Position numbers and translations under genes: made by a program | Origin: Balamuthia mandrillaris | Taxonomy: Eukaryota | Reading direction: 5' to 3' | NCBI GenBank assembly: GCA_031835245.2 | Contig: JAVKOQ020000055.1 | Span: 1 to 64,000 of the forward strand | DNA: 64,000 bases | Notes under the pieces: model-generated | Seen by the model: only the letters and a program-made list of their open reading frames with translations | What the model was told of the DNA's origin: nothing | Databases searched by the model: none | In this document: positions 21,534-35,082 of the stretch, one piece after another | Layout: every line of letters starts with the position of its first letter | Position numbering within the stretch: the stretch's first letter is position 1

Positions 21534-22007
21534 TCTCTCTTGCTTTTCGCCCCTTTTTGTTTCTTTCTTTACGTAGTGGGTAGTGTGCGTGAGCGGAGCG
21601 TGTGGCACTGCGGAGCACAAAAGTTTTTTTTTGTAGTTTTGGATTTTTTTTTTGCGACTCCAAAAAAAAAAAAGAAAAATTAAAAAATATATCAAAAATA
21701 TCAAACAATGTTGATAATTTTGACGGGATTATTGATTGATAAGTTGTCGGCAAAAACTGTGATTTATTACGTCAGTATGTGTCGACGAAAATTTTGCATA
21801 ATTGTCGACGTAAATTCCCGCCTTTTTTTTGTTCTTGCAACCGTTAGATTCCTACCGTTACAAGTATCGTCCCATTCAGCTCATCAAACACACGAGACAA
21901 GAAGAATCGTTTCTTTCTTCTATTGCTTGAGGCATAAAGATAACGCACAATTCAAAGTCTTGTTATTCTTTTAAAGACAGAAACGACAACAAAAACAACG
22001 ATTCATC

Positions 22008-23735
22008 ATGACCTCTGTTGAAGACTCTCCTAGCGGCTCCAAGAGGCAAAAGACCAGTTCCTCCAAGAAACGAAAGAGGAGCTTGGCCGTTCCCATTCAT
22101 CGCAGCTGGACTCCCACCAGCGACAAGAGGAGCAGAACGGCCGCCACCAAACGCTTCTTGCCCGAGCTGACCACCCCAAGAAAGATCAAAATGCTCCCTC
22201 TGGTATTTCTCTCTCTCCTGCCTCTCTCTCTTTATTCCATTCTTTATTTACTTTTCGTATTTCTCCACAAAGGGCAAAGGAAAGAAGCTTGGAGATATTG
22301 CTGCCGTGGTGGAGAACATTCAGGCCATCTCTCGCAACGATGACTTTTTGACCCAACTCCATTTCATTCTTTACGGCCGCAACTGCAAGGTTCTTATCCT
22401 TCTTTTTCTTTGAATAGTTTTCTTTTTCCGTTGGTAACAGCTCTTCTCTGCTTCTCTTCTCTCTTGCCTTTATTTTGTATTGTAAAGCGAATGGAGATCA
22501 AAGATAGCATTCTCCAATACCGCGGAAGAGACCTCACCGAGGATGAGGCCTACAAAGAGAAGCTCGAGGGCAAGTTGGAGGCCAAGCCGCTCTCTTTCCT
22601 CAAGGAGGTCCTTGCCTTTTTCAACATGCCCATCTACAGCTCCAAGTCCAAAGTGGTGGATGCTTTGCTGGAGTTTTTGGAGTCTCCCACTGACAACGGG
22701 GTATGTTTTCTTTTTTCTTATCTTTATTTTATAGAAGTTTTGTTAAACTCTTTATAAAATAAACAGAAGAATAAGAAGGTGGTGATAGAGAAGAGTTCTT
22801 CTGGAAGCTCCAAATATCAGAGCAAGAAGAATGCAAAGAAGAAGACGGCTTCAACGGCTTCGAAGACGAGGAAGAAGAAGGCTACCAAGTCGGAAGAGCT
22901 GGAATGTTATACGGACACTTCGGATAGTAGTGATGACGATGAAGAGGAGGAAGAGAAGGACTCTTCCTCCGCTGACGAAGACGAAAAAGAAGGAAGGCGT
23001 GTAGAGCAAGCAGAACAAGAAGAGGAAGAGGAGGAAGAGGAGGAAGAAGAGGAGGCAGAGGAGGAAGATGACGACGATTATGAAGAGGAAGAAAAAGAGA
23101 CGAAGAAAAAGCACAGAAAGGTTCGTAAGAACAAGAAGGCGACTTTCGTCGCTAAGGATGAAATGGAAGAACAAGAAGCGGAAGACAAGGACGAAGAAGG
23201 TAACGAAAAGGAGGTGGAGGAAGAGGACGAAGCCAAAGAAGAGGAAAAGGTCGACGTAAGACCAACGAAACGAAGAAGGCTTGTTCGAAAGAAGGCAAAA
23301 GAAAGCGAGAAGAAGAAAGGTGCAGAGGAAGACGAACCTATTGAACTCATGAAGCAAGCAACAAACGAAGATTCCAAAGAAGAAAACGACAAAACTGCTG
23401 GGAAGAGAAAGAAGAAAGTAAAGACGATCAGTTCAAGCGACGCCGAAGGAGACGACGAATCAAAAGAACAAGAAGCGAAACAGGACAAACAACCAGAAGA
23501 ACAAGAAGAGATGGACGAAGAACAAGAAGAAACTTCAGTGGAACAAAAGATCGAAACGGAGCTCAAGAACATCATCCAAAAGCTTCGAGAGCAGAACGAT
23601 GCCAAAGAGTTGATGGCCGGAATGACTCTGAAGACCATTCGCAAGGTCCTCGAAGCGAAACTGGAGATGAACCTAAAGTCCTATTCGAAGACGATAAGAG
23701 AAAGCTTTGCTTCCATCGCGAAACAACAACAGTAA
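22008..23735 (+). CDS. DEK: DEK-like chromatin protein
   Basis: GKGKKLGDI, LHFILYG, IKDSILQYRG, SAP-like LKEVLAFFNMPIYSSKSKVVDALLEFLESP, long acidic region, DEK_C-like MTLKTIRKVLEAKLEMNL. Confidence 0.85.
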
Positions 23736-23801
23736 CTTTGTGTGCGCTTGTTAAAATAATAAATACAGAAGAAGAAGAAACAAACGTAAAAGTTTGTTTC
23801 G

Positions 23802-24560
23802 TTATTTGTTTTGGAGAAGAGCATTCACTTTACGTTCCAATTCTTTGCGAGCGGTTCGTTCTTCTTCGAGAGCAGCTTCCAGCTCTTCTCGTTTTTTGAC
23901 TTCCTGATCTAGTTTGTCTTTGAGTTGTTTGTAGTCTTTGTCTAATGTTTCAGTTTTCTCCACTAACTCCATTTTGATAGATAATCCTACACGAAAACAA
24001 ACCAAAGATAAGAAAGAGAGAATGTCAAAGAGAAGCAGAGAAGAGAAGAGAAAAAAGTTATAACAGGAGAAGTAAGAGAAGCAGAGAAGACATAAAAGTT
24101 TCAATTACCATCCTCGACCTGCGCTTTGAGTTCCTTGAATCTGCGCAATGCATCCGACGTCCCTTTCTCCGAGGATTTTTCATCCACAGCCGAGTTTCCT
24201 GTTGTTGTAAACGTTCCACCTTTCGTAGTACTGAACGAAGCAGCCATCAACACACTGTCATCAAAGCTCAACATCTCTTTCATCTCCTCCAGTTCTTTCT
24301 CCAAATCTTCCATCGCGCTTAACACTTGTTGTGGTCGTTGGTTTGGTGATGATGAGGCAGAGACTTCTTCTTCTTGCTTTTCAACAGACGGAGAATTAGA
24401 GGAGGAAGTGGCTTGGGTGGCTGTTTTTCTAGTCCAGCTTGGTGTACTACTTGCATTGGTAACACTGCCGAATAAAGCGGCTGTTGTTTTTACTTTAGAT
24501 TCCTATTGTTGACAATATTTAAACTTAAGTTAAAACAAAGTAGGCAGGAGCTACGTGCAC

Positions 24561-24599
<39 letters not shown>

Positions 24600-25606
24600 G
24601 GAAAGACCTCAAGATGCTCAATCTTGTCCTTTAACCAAGAGATGTCGGAGAGGACATGGCTTCGAACCATAAGAGCGTGTTTCAACATGACTTTGAACTC
24701 TTCTCTTGCCTTTGCTTCGAGGGATAACCGTCTGCTGAGTTCGTTGATCTCCATATTCATAATCCTTGTGTTTGCAATACCAATTGAGCAAAGAAAGAAG
24801 ATAGAAGAAAAGAAAGGAGAGAAGAAATAACAGGTGGAGAAGAGGAGAAACAGTAAAGTAAATCACAATGTACCATTCTAATTGTTCTCGCGATTGTATC
24901 TCTTCTGAGAAGCGCTCCTTCAAAGTTGCCAGTTCCGTTTCAATTTGAAGTATCACATTTTCGATGTCCGCTTTCGTTTTGAGCTTTCTGTTGAGCTTTT
25001 GCTTCTTCTTCTCCAGTTGAGTTGCGATGCTATTTTTCTTGATAGACTTTTGCTTCAACTCGTTTTTGAGCAACTCCAAATCATTGCTGAGACGTTCAAC
25101 GATGTCTTTCATGATCATTTTGTCTTCCTGAAACTTAGTGGAGGAATCGCTGATATGATCCACTCGTTTCTCCATTGTTGATGTCATGTTGTTTGCTTTT
25201 CCTAGTTCTTCTGCTTGTCTATTTGTTGTTTAATGGATGTCTGAGAAAAACAGAGAAAGTGAAAGAGGAGAACGAGAAAAAAAAAAGAGAAAGAAGAGAA
25301 AAGAGCATAGAGAAGGAAAAAAAACCGTTTGAGAAAGAAAATCTCTTTCTCGAGTTTCATGATCTGCTCCTCGAGCTCCGTTTTGCCCCAAGCTTCCATC
25401 TGATATTTCTCCTTTAGCTCTCTGAACCGTCGTTCTACCTCCTCTTTTTCTTGTTGCTGAAGGGTAAAAAACCACGCGAATACACCGCCAAGGCAGAAAG
25501 CGAAACGACGTAAAGAAGAAATACAGTGGGCCATAAGATAAGGTGAGACTAAGAAAAAAAACGAGAGAATAGCAGTAAAAGAGAGAAACGACAAGAAAGA
25601 AGCGAC

Positions 25607-25694
<88 letters not shown>

Positions 25695-26096
25695 AGAAAG
25701 CACAAAGAACGATAACCAAGAAGAGCAGCGAAAAAATAAATAAATAACAACCTCTTTCTCACGAATGGCCTTCTCCTTGATGAGCCCCTGCCGTAGCTCT
25801 GTGATCTGGTCCAGCAGCTCCCTCTTCTTCCGCAGGTAGGCCTCCTGCTCGCTCTCCTCCTTGGTGATAGCCTGCAACATCTCCATCTCCTTTGGAGTGA
25901 GCTCCACTCCCCCTGCACCACTCGCTCCGCCACCAACAGTGGTTGAGGAGGATGAAGAAGAAGCAAGAGAAGAAGAAGAATTTGGGGTTGAGGAAGAAGA
26001 AGCAGAGGAAGAACGGGAGGAGGTTCCGCTGTGATTGGCAAAGGGAGAGGAGGTTCCAGCAGAAACGGCACCGTGGCGAGGACGTGGGGTATCCAT
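23802..26096 (-). CDS. Coiled-coil protein with Ser-rich N-terminus, multi-exon
   Basis: Successive exons with repeated E.K.REELE-type heptads; ends LERKVNALLQNK*. Confidence 0.65.
25607..25693. repeat. (AAAG)n microsatellite in an intron
   Basis: Visible tetranucleotide repeat. Confidence 0.95.
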
Positions 26097-26645
26097 TTGC
26101 CCTCAGCAAGTTAGGTTCTATGGAGAGAAATGAGAGAGGAGAGAGCAGAGAGAGGAGAGAGCAGAGAGAAAGAGAGAGAAATGAGAGAGGAGAGAGAGAG
26201 AGAACGGAGACGAACGAATGAGCGATTAGAAGAAATGTGTGCGGTTTTTCAACCCAAAACGGAACAAACCATTCACTGCCTCAAATTTAGGCACTGTTTT
26301 TTTTGTTGCAAAGAAAAAAAAAGTGAATAACCGAAAAATGCCTTTTTGTTCAAAACACAACAAACAGGATAAAAAGAGAGTTTCGTTTCGTAACGCCGCG
26401 TCCCCCTTCCACCACCACCACCACCCTTCCTTTTCTTTCTTTTCTTTTATTTTTTTTTCCTTTCCTTTTAATTTACTTTATTATTGTCGACTTTCTCCGG
26501 TGTTTTATCGATTATCGACTAATTTAGAAACCTTATCGATAAGATCAAATATTCAGATCGATCACAAGGATTTTTGATTGGTGATTGGTTAGAGACGTCT
26601 TTCGCTACATAAATGTTTGCACCCTTTCCCGCAGTAAGGAGCGAC

Positions 26646-27793
26646 ATGTTCCGATGGTTGGCCCTCCTCTGCGGGGCTTGGGTGTTGGTCATGCTCTTCT
26701 TTCTGTACAGCCTGCATGGTGGGGACCCGCCTTCCGCCTTTCCTCCCTCTACTCCCCCGCCCTCCTCCTCCCTTCCATCTTCCCCCAAGCCAAACCGCAA
26801 CGACCAACTTTGGGACGGGCAGCCCGCCTCGAAGCTGTTCGTGGCGGTGCTGACCAGCCCAAGAAACCTTCAGCGGCGGATGCACATTCGTGAGACCTGG
26901 ATGGGCAGCCAGGAGGTTAAGCGGGGAGACGTCCAAGTCAGGTTCTTCATTGGCACCAAAGCGATGGACCAACAAATGTATCAAACGGTCTCCAGCGAGG
27001 CCGAAAAGTTTGGCGACGTTGTGTTCCTGGAAGACCTGGAGGAGAACTACTATCACCTTCTTCTCAAGCTTCGGTCGGCGCTGCGGAAGGCTGCCCACTT
27101 AGGGGAGTTTTTCCTCCGCGCCAACGACGACGCGCTCATCCTCCCCGACAGGATGCTTAAGTTCATCGACGAGAAGCTTCTTCCCTCTTCTACAAAGTAC
27201 ATCTACGCTGGCTTCGTCCATCAAAACTCAGCACTAGAGGGATTCTTCCGCGACCCAACGCACGAGTGGTACATCCCTGTTGAGGATTTTCCCGGCTCCC
27301 ACCTCCCGGACTACGTGGATGGGGCTGCCTGTCTCATGTCCAGAGGGCTTGCCATGTACTTTGCTGAGAACGTCGACCTGAATGTCAAGGCCGGAAGCCT
27401 GGAGGACATTCAGGTGGGAATAGAGATGAACAGGTTCAGGACAGAGCATGGCCTGGATATCCGCTACGTGCACGAACCTGGTTTTACTTTTAACAGTTGC
27501 CAGAAGCACAGCATCATCGTTCACCCCATCTTTGAGGAAAACCTCAAGTGCTCCTGGAAGAGGTACCTCCTGAAGAAAAAGGCGTTCTGCTGTGAACCGG
27601 TTCGGTCGGAACACCGGGACCAGATAGCAAGGTAACGTGTACACTCTGCCCGTTGTCGTCTTTGCTATGCTTCTCTATTCCCTGTCTGCAAATGCTATAC
27701 GCGTTGCTCATCCCTCTCTCTTCTCTTGAAAACGGTTTCAACAGCAAAACATGGGCGGATGAGAACAACATTCGCAAACCGAGAGGCGGATAA
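26646..27793 (+). CDS. GT31 beta-1,3-galactosyltransferase-like, copy 1
   Basis: Type II TM anchor, KLFVAVLT, RRMHIRETW, GDVVFLEDLEENYYHLLLK, LRANDD, LEDIQVG; probable short terminal exon KTWADE...GG* ending 27793. Confidence 0.88.
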
Positions 27794-27873
27794 AGCGTTA
27801 AGCCCCCACTACCCCCATTGTTGTTCCATAGTACTTCCCAAAGAAAGCGTTTGTTTTCTTGTATTTCGAACTG

Positions 27874-27924
<51 letters not shown>

Positions 27925-28043
27925 AGAAGACTCCTCCGAGAGTGGGACGTGTTTGAATCTGTATTGGTTGGTTCAGGAGTACCCGCTCCTTAAAGTGTGT
28001 CGCGTGACGCAACAAGTGCAGAGGAGCAAGGCAAAAGGCAGAG

Positions 28044-29101
28044 ATGCGACTGGTGCGGCCGTTGCTGGCCTGCTTGATCTTGGGGTGGTCGCTGATTTCT
28101 TTGCGTTACTTTTTGACTTTTGGGGAGGACCCGGGACACCCTGCTCCTTCCTCGTTCTCCTCTGCTGGCCCACGAACGTTGCAGAGGGAGCTTCTTCCTG
28201 CAAACCACCAGCCAACGAACGCCATCGAGCCAAAACTGTTCGTTGCGGTGTTGACCGCCCCTAAAAACGTGGAGCGAAGGATGAGCTGTCGTGAGTCCTG
28301 GATGACAAGCCCGGAGGTCCAACGAGGGGACGTCAAGGTGCGGTTCTTCGTCGGGACCAAGGCGATGGACGAGGACATGAGGCGAAAGGTGGAGAGCGAG
28401 GCAAAGCAGTTCGGGGACGTGGTGCTGTTGGAAGACTTGGCAGAAGGCTACTACAAGCTCCTGCTCAAGACCGTTGCCACGCTCCGGCATAGTGCGCATG
28501 AGGCTCCCTTCCTTTTGCGTTCCAACGACGACACCCTCGTGCTTCCTGCCAGGCTGTTGGCCTTTGTTCAAAAGCTCCCCCCAGAGCACTACATCTACTC
28601 TGGTTTCATTCAAACCCAAGAGCCTTGCATCCGGGACCCAACCCACGAGTTCTACATCTCCACGGAAGACTTTCCTGGCGCACACCTCCCGGACTTTGCC
28701 AACGGAGCGGGGTACCTGATGTCCAGGGGGCTGGCCACGTACTTTGCCGAGCAGGTGGACTTGAACGTGAAGGCCGGTAACCTGGAGGACGTGTCAGTGG
28801 GAATGGAGTTGAGCAGGTTCCGTAGGGAGCTTGGCGTGAACATTACCTATGTGCACAGCCCCCAGTTTACCTTTGAATGGTGTGACTATAGGAGCATCAT
28901 CGTTCACCCGATTATTGAGGAGACCATGAAGTGCTCGTGGTTTCGGCTCGTGGCTGGGGTGAAGCAGTTTTGTTGTGCAAAGATACAGTCCCAACATAAG
29001 AAAAAAGCAGCTCGGTACGGCAAGAGTTTCTTCTCCATCTCCTTCTCCGCTTCGGCTTTTGAAATAACGTTTCACAAAGGGAGGCCTGGGCACAAATGTA
29101 A
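28044..29101 (+). CDS. GT31 beta-1,3-galactosyltransferase-like, copy 2
   Basis: Tandem paralog with KLFVAVLTAP, RRMSCRESW, LRSNDD, LEDVSVG; probable terminal exon EAWAQM* ending 29101. Confidence 0.88.
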
Positions 29102-29177
29102 GACGCTCCCAACCAAAGCAACGTCCAAGGCAAGAGATAAAAAGTATACTTCAAATTTTGTACTTGGCTTGCACACA

Positions 29178-29223
<46 letters not shown>

Positions 29224-29574
29224 GGAGAGTTATGCACGAGGTGAAAGTCAAGAAGGCGCATGTTTGCCATCGATAAATCACAGCTGGATAATTGTAAAAA
29301 CTATCGATAATGTCCGCATAAATACTTTTCTCACGGACTTTGATGTGGGCTTGCTCCGTTTCATCCCAAATAATTATTGTAAGAGGTCAAAAAATAACGA
29401 AAAAAACTTTTTTCCTTGAGGAAACAAAGAGACACACGTGTGGCCTTTCTCTCTTTGTCGTGTGTCGTTGGATCGGATTGGAGTGGATTGATTTTTTATT
29501 TCACTTTGGCCTTCTGAAGGAAGCTCGCGAGAGAGAAGAAACAACAAAAGACAGTGCCTGTCCTCTTCCAGAGG

Positions 29575-32445
29575 ATGACTTCCTATAATACCTTCAAAGC
29601 GAGCATCCCTTCTTTTTCTACTTCTCGCGATGAGAAGAAGCCGTTCACGGTACTGTATTTTTGTTTTTTGTGGTTCTCTCTCTCTTTCTCATCTCTCTCT
29701 CAAAAAAAAAAAAACAGTTGTATAATCTCGTCTTCCAACTGGGAGAACAAACATGGAACACGAGCGTCCGCTACTCCACCATTCGTGCTCTTCATGAAGC
29801 GGTACTTTCAGATCTTCAAGCTGCTACTCTTTCCCTTCATTGAATCTTGAGAGATGATTATTTTTTGCTTGCTACTCTTTTGTCCGTTTGTTTGTTTGTT
29901 TGTTTGTCATCTTTGTCCACTTTTTTCTCATTTCTTCTTCATCAACTTTCTCTGTTATGTTTTTTTTCCTTCGTTCTTTTTTTTCTTCTCCCCACGAGTC
30001 TAATCCATCCATCATCTATCAAACAAACGCTCAGGTAAAACTGAAGTACCCGAGCATCAAAGTGCCAAAGCTGCCCGGCAAGAAGCTGGTCGGCAACGAC
30101 AATGCCGAGTTCATAGAGAAGCGCCGGGCCAAGCTGGAGCAGTACCTGCAGGAGCTCCTCTCCTTTCCGCTGGTGAGGGGCAGCCCGGAGGTCATGCAGT
30201 ACTTCAACCTCAACTCTCGCATCGGGTTGGTGCCTCGCGCTTTCACCATGTACTCTCCATCCTCTCCCATCGCGCCGGGCAGTGGCAGCGGCATTCAGTC
30301 ACCGCAGTCACGCCAACCTTCGTCACAACAACGCGGCATGAACAGAGGAGGAGCTAGTTCAAGCAAGTCTATTCGAGCTATTGCTCTTTATGATTATAGC
30401 ACAGAGGAGGAAGACCCAACGGCCGACTTGTTGCCATTCTCTGCAAATGACACCATAAAGGATATTATCTTGGATGATGATGGCAGTGGATGGTACTATG
30501 GCACTTTGGAGATGAATGGTACCAAAGGCTTCTTTCCTGGTAACTACGTAAAGATACTGCAGGATGGAGCGGAAGAGGAAGAAGTGCCCGCTACTGCCAC
30601 TGCCGCTTCTTCTTCTGCGGTGGCTGCTGCTTCCTCTTCTGCGACTTTTGCTGCTACAGGCGCTGTCGGCGCTGCAGGTACAGCTGTTGCAGCTTCGGCG
30701 GCTGCTCAAGCTGCGCAGAGAAACGCTTCGGCTGTGAGTCGTCAGCAACAGCCGCAACAACCACAAATAACAACTATGGTACGTCTCTTCTCATCCTCTC
30801 AATTGATATTGTTAATCGGCCTCGTGTATGCCAACCAGCAGGCTCGAGGAGGAACGATGATAGGTAGCAGAGAACTTGGTGTTGGTTCACCAGGCCGAGC
30901 ATCAGCAGCGCAAAACAAGCAACCATTCGGGCCAAAGATAGCTGGCGTTGACCGCGCTGGTAAAACCTCTTGCTTTCTTGTCTCCTCCTTGCCCCTCTCC
31001 TTATAATCTTATTTCTTTCTTTGATATTGTTCATTTCTAACTCACTCCTGAGAAGCTCTTGGAGGTAATAGACCAAGCGCAAAAACCGTGGTTTCTCCTA
31101 CAAGTCCTCGCGCTGTGCTCGAGTCCGGTTCAGGAATACTTGCTGCTCCTACCGCGCCCGCTACCACCGCTACTGCAAGCAGCAACAAAGGTGGTTCTGC
31201 AATATTTGGGAGAGAGGCTCCTTCTGCATCATCTGATATCAAAGTGTCTCCTGCATCCCCTTCTGGGTCTGCCATTCATGCTAAAGGTTTCCGTCTCTCT
31301 CTCTCTCTCTCTCTCTCTTCCCATTGCGTTGTCCTTCACGTGTGGCCGTTTAGTCTCTGCAATAATAATTGTTGTGATGTATTTATAATAGCATGGGCTG
31401 AGGGTAATCCAAACGAAAGCAAGAGGACCAACATCGCAATGGAGATAGTTGCCACCGAAGAGAAATATGTGGAAAACTTAAGTTGGCTGTGTAAGGACTA
31501 CTATGAAGCCCTGGAAAAGCTGATGAAAGAAGGACACTCCGCTTTGAATCCTGAGGTTTTGAAAGCTGTATTTTGCAACAGTTTGACCATCTTGAATCTC
31601 AATCAAGGCCTTTTGGCTGACTTACAAGCCATTCGCAAGACCTGGAGTGATGAGACAACGTTGTTGGGCCAAGCCTTCCGAAAATGGGTACTAATTTGAG
31701 TCTTTGATTTTCGCACCCATTGAATTTTGCTCTTCTCACCTTATACATAAACGGTAGATTCCATTCATGAAAATGTATAAAGAATATGGCAACAACTTTG
31801 ACAGAGCAAATGAAATGTGCAACAAATTGAGAGAGCATGGTCAAATCGTAGCCGTACTGGACGTGCGTTATTCCTTCCTTATCTTATATCTCGTTTTTTC
31901 CGTATTCTCACAAAACGTTCTACACTAACAACAGGCAACTAAAAATAGATGCCAACAACTTACGCTTGACGCTCTTCTAATTACTCCCATTCAAAGACTT
32001 CCTCGCTACAATTTGTTGCTAACGGTATCCCATTCCCTTTCTTCCTTCTATTCTTCTTTTTTAACACCCCCTCTTGTTCAGGATTTATTACGAAACACGC
32101 CAGAAAGTCATCCTGACTACCAAAACATAAAAGCAGCGCTCGAAGAAATGAGCGCTGTGGCCGATTCCATCAATGAAAGTATTAAAGAGGCAGAGCAGAG
32201 CAGAAAGTTTGGACATCTGGCACAAAGAGGCGCTGGCTTTGGCGTTCTCCTTGAGGCTCACAGAAGATTGGTGATGGAGGCCAAGTTTGCGACGAAACAA
32301 GGGGTCAAATCCAAGACTATCCAGCTTCATCTCTTCAATGATGTTTTGGTGCCTGCCAGAATTACGCGTAATGAAGCTAATCCTGTAATCGTCATTCCTT
32401 TGAATCTTACTTGGCTTGCTGAAGACGAAGGTAAAAGGACACAAT

Positions 32446-32485
<40 letters not shown>

Positions 32486-33895
32486 AAAAGTATACTCAAC
32501 GTTTTGTTTCCACAAAAAGATCCGGCTTCAACGTCATTTACAGTAATATCGCCTGATCAACCGTTCACGTTCTTTGCAGAGAGCGTTGTAGAAAAGAACA
32601 AGTGGCGAGCCGCCATTCTGGAAGGCATCAAAAACAACTTGCAACCTCTGCAAGGACTTCTTGAATCTGGTAAATATTCCTATTCTCTTGTCTCTCTCCT
32701 CCTCCTCCTCCTCTCATTTCACCTTGTCGTTTTAATATCGAATACACAGATGCCAAGACAACCAACGATAACTTGGCTTTTCGTTTTGGAGACTACGAGT
32801 ATATGGATGGGGGAGCCTACCAAGGAGCATGGAACGTAGGAATGCGCCATGGTATTGGAAGGTTGACCTATTTCAGTGGAAATGTCTACGATGGAGCTTG
32901 GCATTCGAACCTACGTCACGGAGTCGGTACCTTAACTTACATTACTGGAGAAGTCTACGAGGGACAATGGGAAAAGGACAGACCAAGTAAGTCTTTCCTT
33001 GATGTTCTAATCCTCCTACTGAACATCTTTTTCTTCCTTCTTATCTTCTCTGGTTGTTGTTCTCTCTGCTCGCTTCGCTTATTTACTATTATTTATTGAA
33101 AAAAAGATGGCACAGGCAAGTTATTGTACAATAACAAAGGCGACGTCTACGAGGGCGCTTTCAAGGACGGAAGACGTCACGGCAAAGGCGTTATAACCTT
33201 TGCCAATGGGGATGTCTTCGAGGGAGTCTGGCAGAACGACAAGGCCCACGGAAAGTGTACCTTGAAGTATGCCCATGGAGCTATCTTTGATGGCATGTAT
33301 GATAATGACAAGGTGCGAGCTGCTACTCTTCTCTTTGTCTTTCTCTTTCGCTTTCATCGTTTCTCTATTCTTTTCATCTTTCCAATTTGTTTTAGCAAAT
33401 ACTGAATTCTTCAAATTTAAAAAAAAACAATAGCAAAATGGAATTGGCATGTTCAAGACCAAAGACGGTAGACAATACCAAGGCAACTATATGGACCACA
33501 AGCGGCACGGCAGTGGTGTGCAGACCTACAACAACGGTTGTGTCTACACTGGCCACTGGTACGAGGACCAACGCCACGGCACAGGCGAGCTCAAAGAGGC
33601 CGACGGAGCCGTCTATCAAGGAGAGTGGAACAAAGATAAAAAAGAAGGACAAGGAAAGCTGATATATAGCAACGGAGATATGTATGAGGGGTGGTGGAAG
33701 GAGGACAAGCCGAATGGGCATGGGCTACTGAAGACCAAAGCGGGGCACACCTATGAGGGAGAGTGGCTGGCAGGGAAGAGGCATGGCAAGGGAGTTATAA
33801 TCTATGCCAATGGTGATAAGTATGAGGGCACTTGGCATATGGATCAGGTAAATACCTTATTTTCCTTTTCGTCGTTCTCTTCTCTCTGCTCTCTC

Positions 33896-33944
<49 letters not shown>

Positions 33945-34218
33945 CTCTCTGGCTTGTTCTTTCATTTAAATCAAACAAAAAAAATAGTATCACAACACAG
34001 GAACGTTTACGAGTGTAGATGGAACAAAGTTGGAGGGCAAATGGGCGAACGGAAGGTTGGAAGGAAAGTGCTCTCTTGCTCCCCATATGTGGGGCGGTAA
34101 GAGCTTCACCGGCACCATCAAAGACAACTCTGGCATTCAGTCAGCCCATCCAGGGGGTGGCGTCTTTGAAATTGCTCCCTCGCTTCCAGACTATAACTTC
34201 GCCAACAACCCGTGCTAA
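29575..34218 (+). CDS. PX-SH3-RhoGEF(DH)-PH-MORN repeat protein, multi-exon
   Basis: PX (VRYSTIRALH, PKLPGKK, FIEKRRAKLEQYL), SH3 (AIALYDY, GWYYG, GFFPGNYV), DH (EIVATEEKYV, LITPIQRLPRYNLL, TPESHPDY), PH (LHLFNDVL), many YEGxW..GKRHGxG MORN repeats. Confidence 0.9.
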
Positions 34219-34296
34219 GAGAAAGAGCGAAGCGAGAAAGGTAGAAGTTCTTTTTTTTCGTTTGTTTGTTTATTTTTATTATGGATATATTATCGT

Positions 34297-34846
34297 CTAT
34301 TCTGGTAGTCCTTTTTCTTGCAGCAGCACTTGCTTTGTGGGCGTAGTGTGTGTCGCGAGGGCACGAAGGACAGCCATTCTCTCTGGCCCATTGCAGCACC
34401 TCCAAGTGACCGGCGGCTGCAGCCCACTTGCAGGTCCACTCGTTCCAAGGGCATCCGTTCCCTCTGGCCCATTGCAGAGCCTCCAGCTGGCCGTGCATGG
34501 CAGCAAAGCGGCAGGTCTCCTCGTCCCAAGGGCATCCGTTGGCTCTGCCCCATTTCAAAGCATCCAGGGAACTGCATGCCCACTTTAGGGAGAGGCGATG
34601 GCGGAGGAGAGGAGGGCTGCAACGGTACGACCGGCGGCAAGCCCTTGCGGCTGGTGCCACGCTGTCCTCGGGCAGCTTGGCCAACACGTGGCTCAGCATT
34701 TCCTCCGGCAATATGTCCTCTATCATGACGCAGCAAACGTCCTGCTCTTCGCTTTCTTTGGAAGCCATCATCTCCGTCGTGGTGGTGGTAGAAGAGGGAA
34801 GCGAAGCAGTCGCTAGCAGTGTTTCCTCCTCCAGTGTTTCCTCCAT
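34297..34846 (-). CDS. F-box-like plus giant-virus-type ankyrin repeat protein, short or possibly degenerate
   Basis: ILPEEMLSHVL F-box-like segment; repeats LKWGRANGCPWDEETCRFAAMHGQLEAL / LQWARGNGCPWNEWTCKWAAAAGHLEVL; 3' end uncertain. Confidence 0.75.
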
Positions 34847-34887
34847 CTTGCTGTCTGCTTGCTGCGCTTAGCGTTGGATTCTTTTGT

Positions 34888-35058
34888 GTCGACGCACTGA
34901 AGCGACACACAATGATTTTTCTGTCGACAACATTTATCGTGTCGACATTGCTTATTCTGACCAAAATATTGTCGCACACATTTGAGCTGACGTCATCAAT
35001 GTCGACAGTGTAGTTGTTTTCGTCGACAGTTGCCTGTTGTCGACAAATTAACGTCGAC
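34888..35058. promoter_or_regulatory. Cluster of seven GTCGAC palindromes in a divergent intergenic region
   Basis: Sites at 34888, 34923, 34941, 35001, 35022, 35039 and 35053. Confidence 0.55.
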
Positions 35059-35082
35059 AGAAAAGAAAGCAAGCCAACACAG

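Noticed and set aside
34888..35058. CRISPR-like array
   Set aside because: Repeats are only 6-8 bp, irregularly spaced, in eukaryotic DNA with no cas genes
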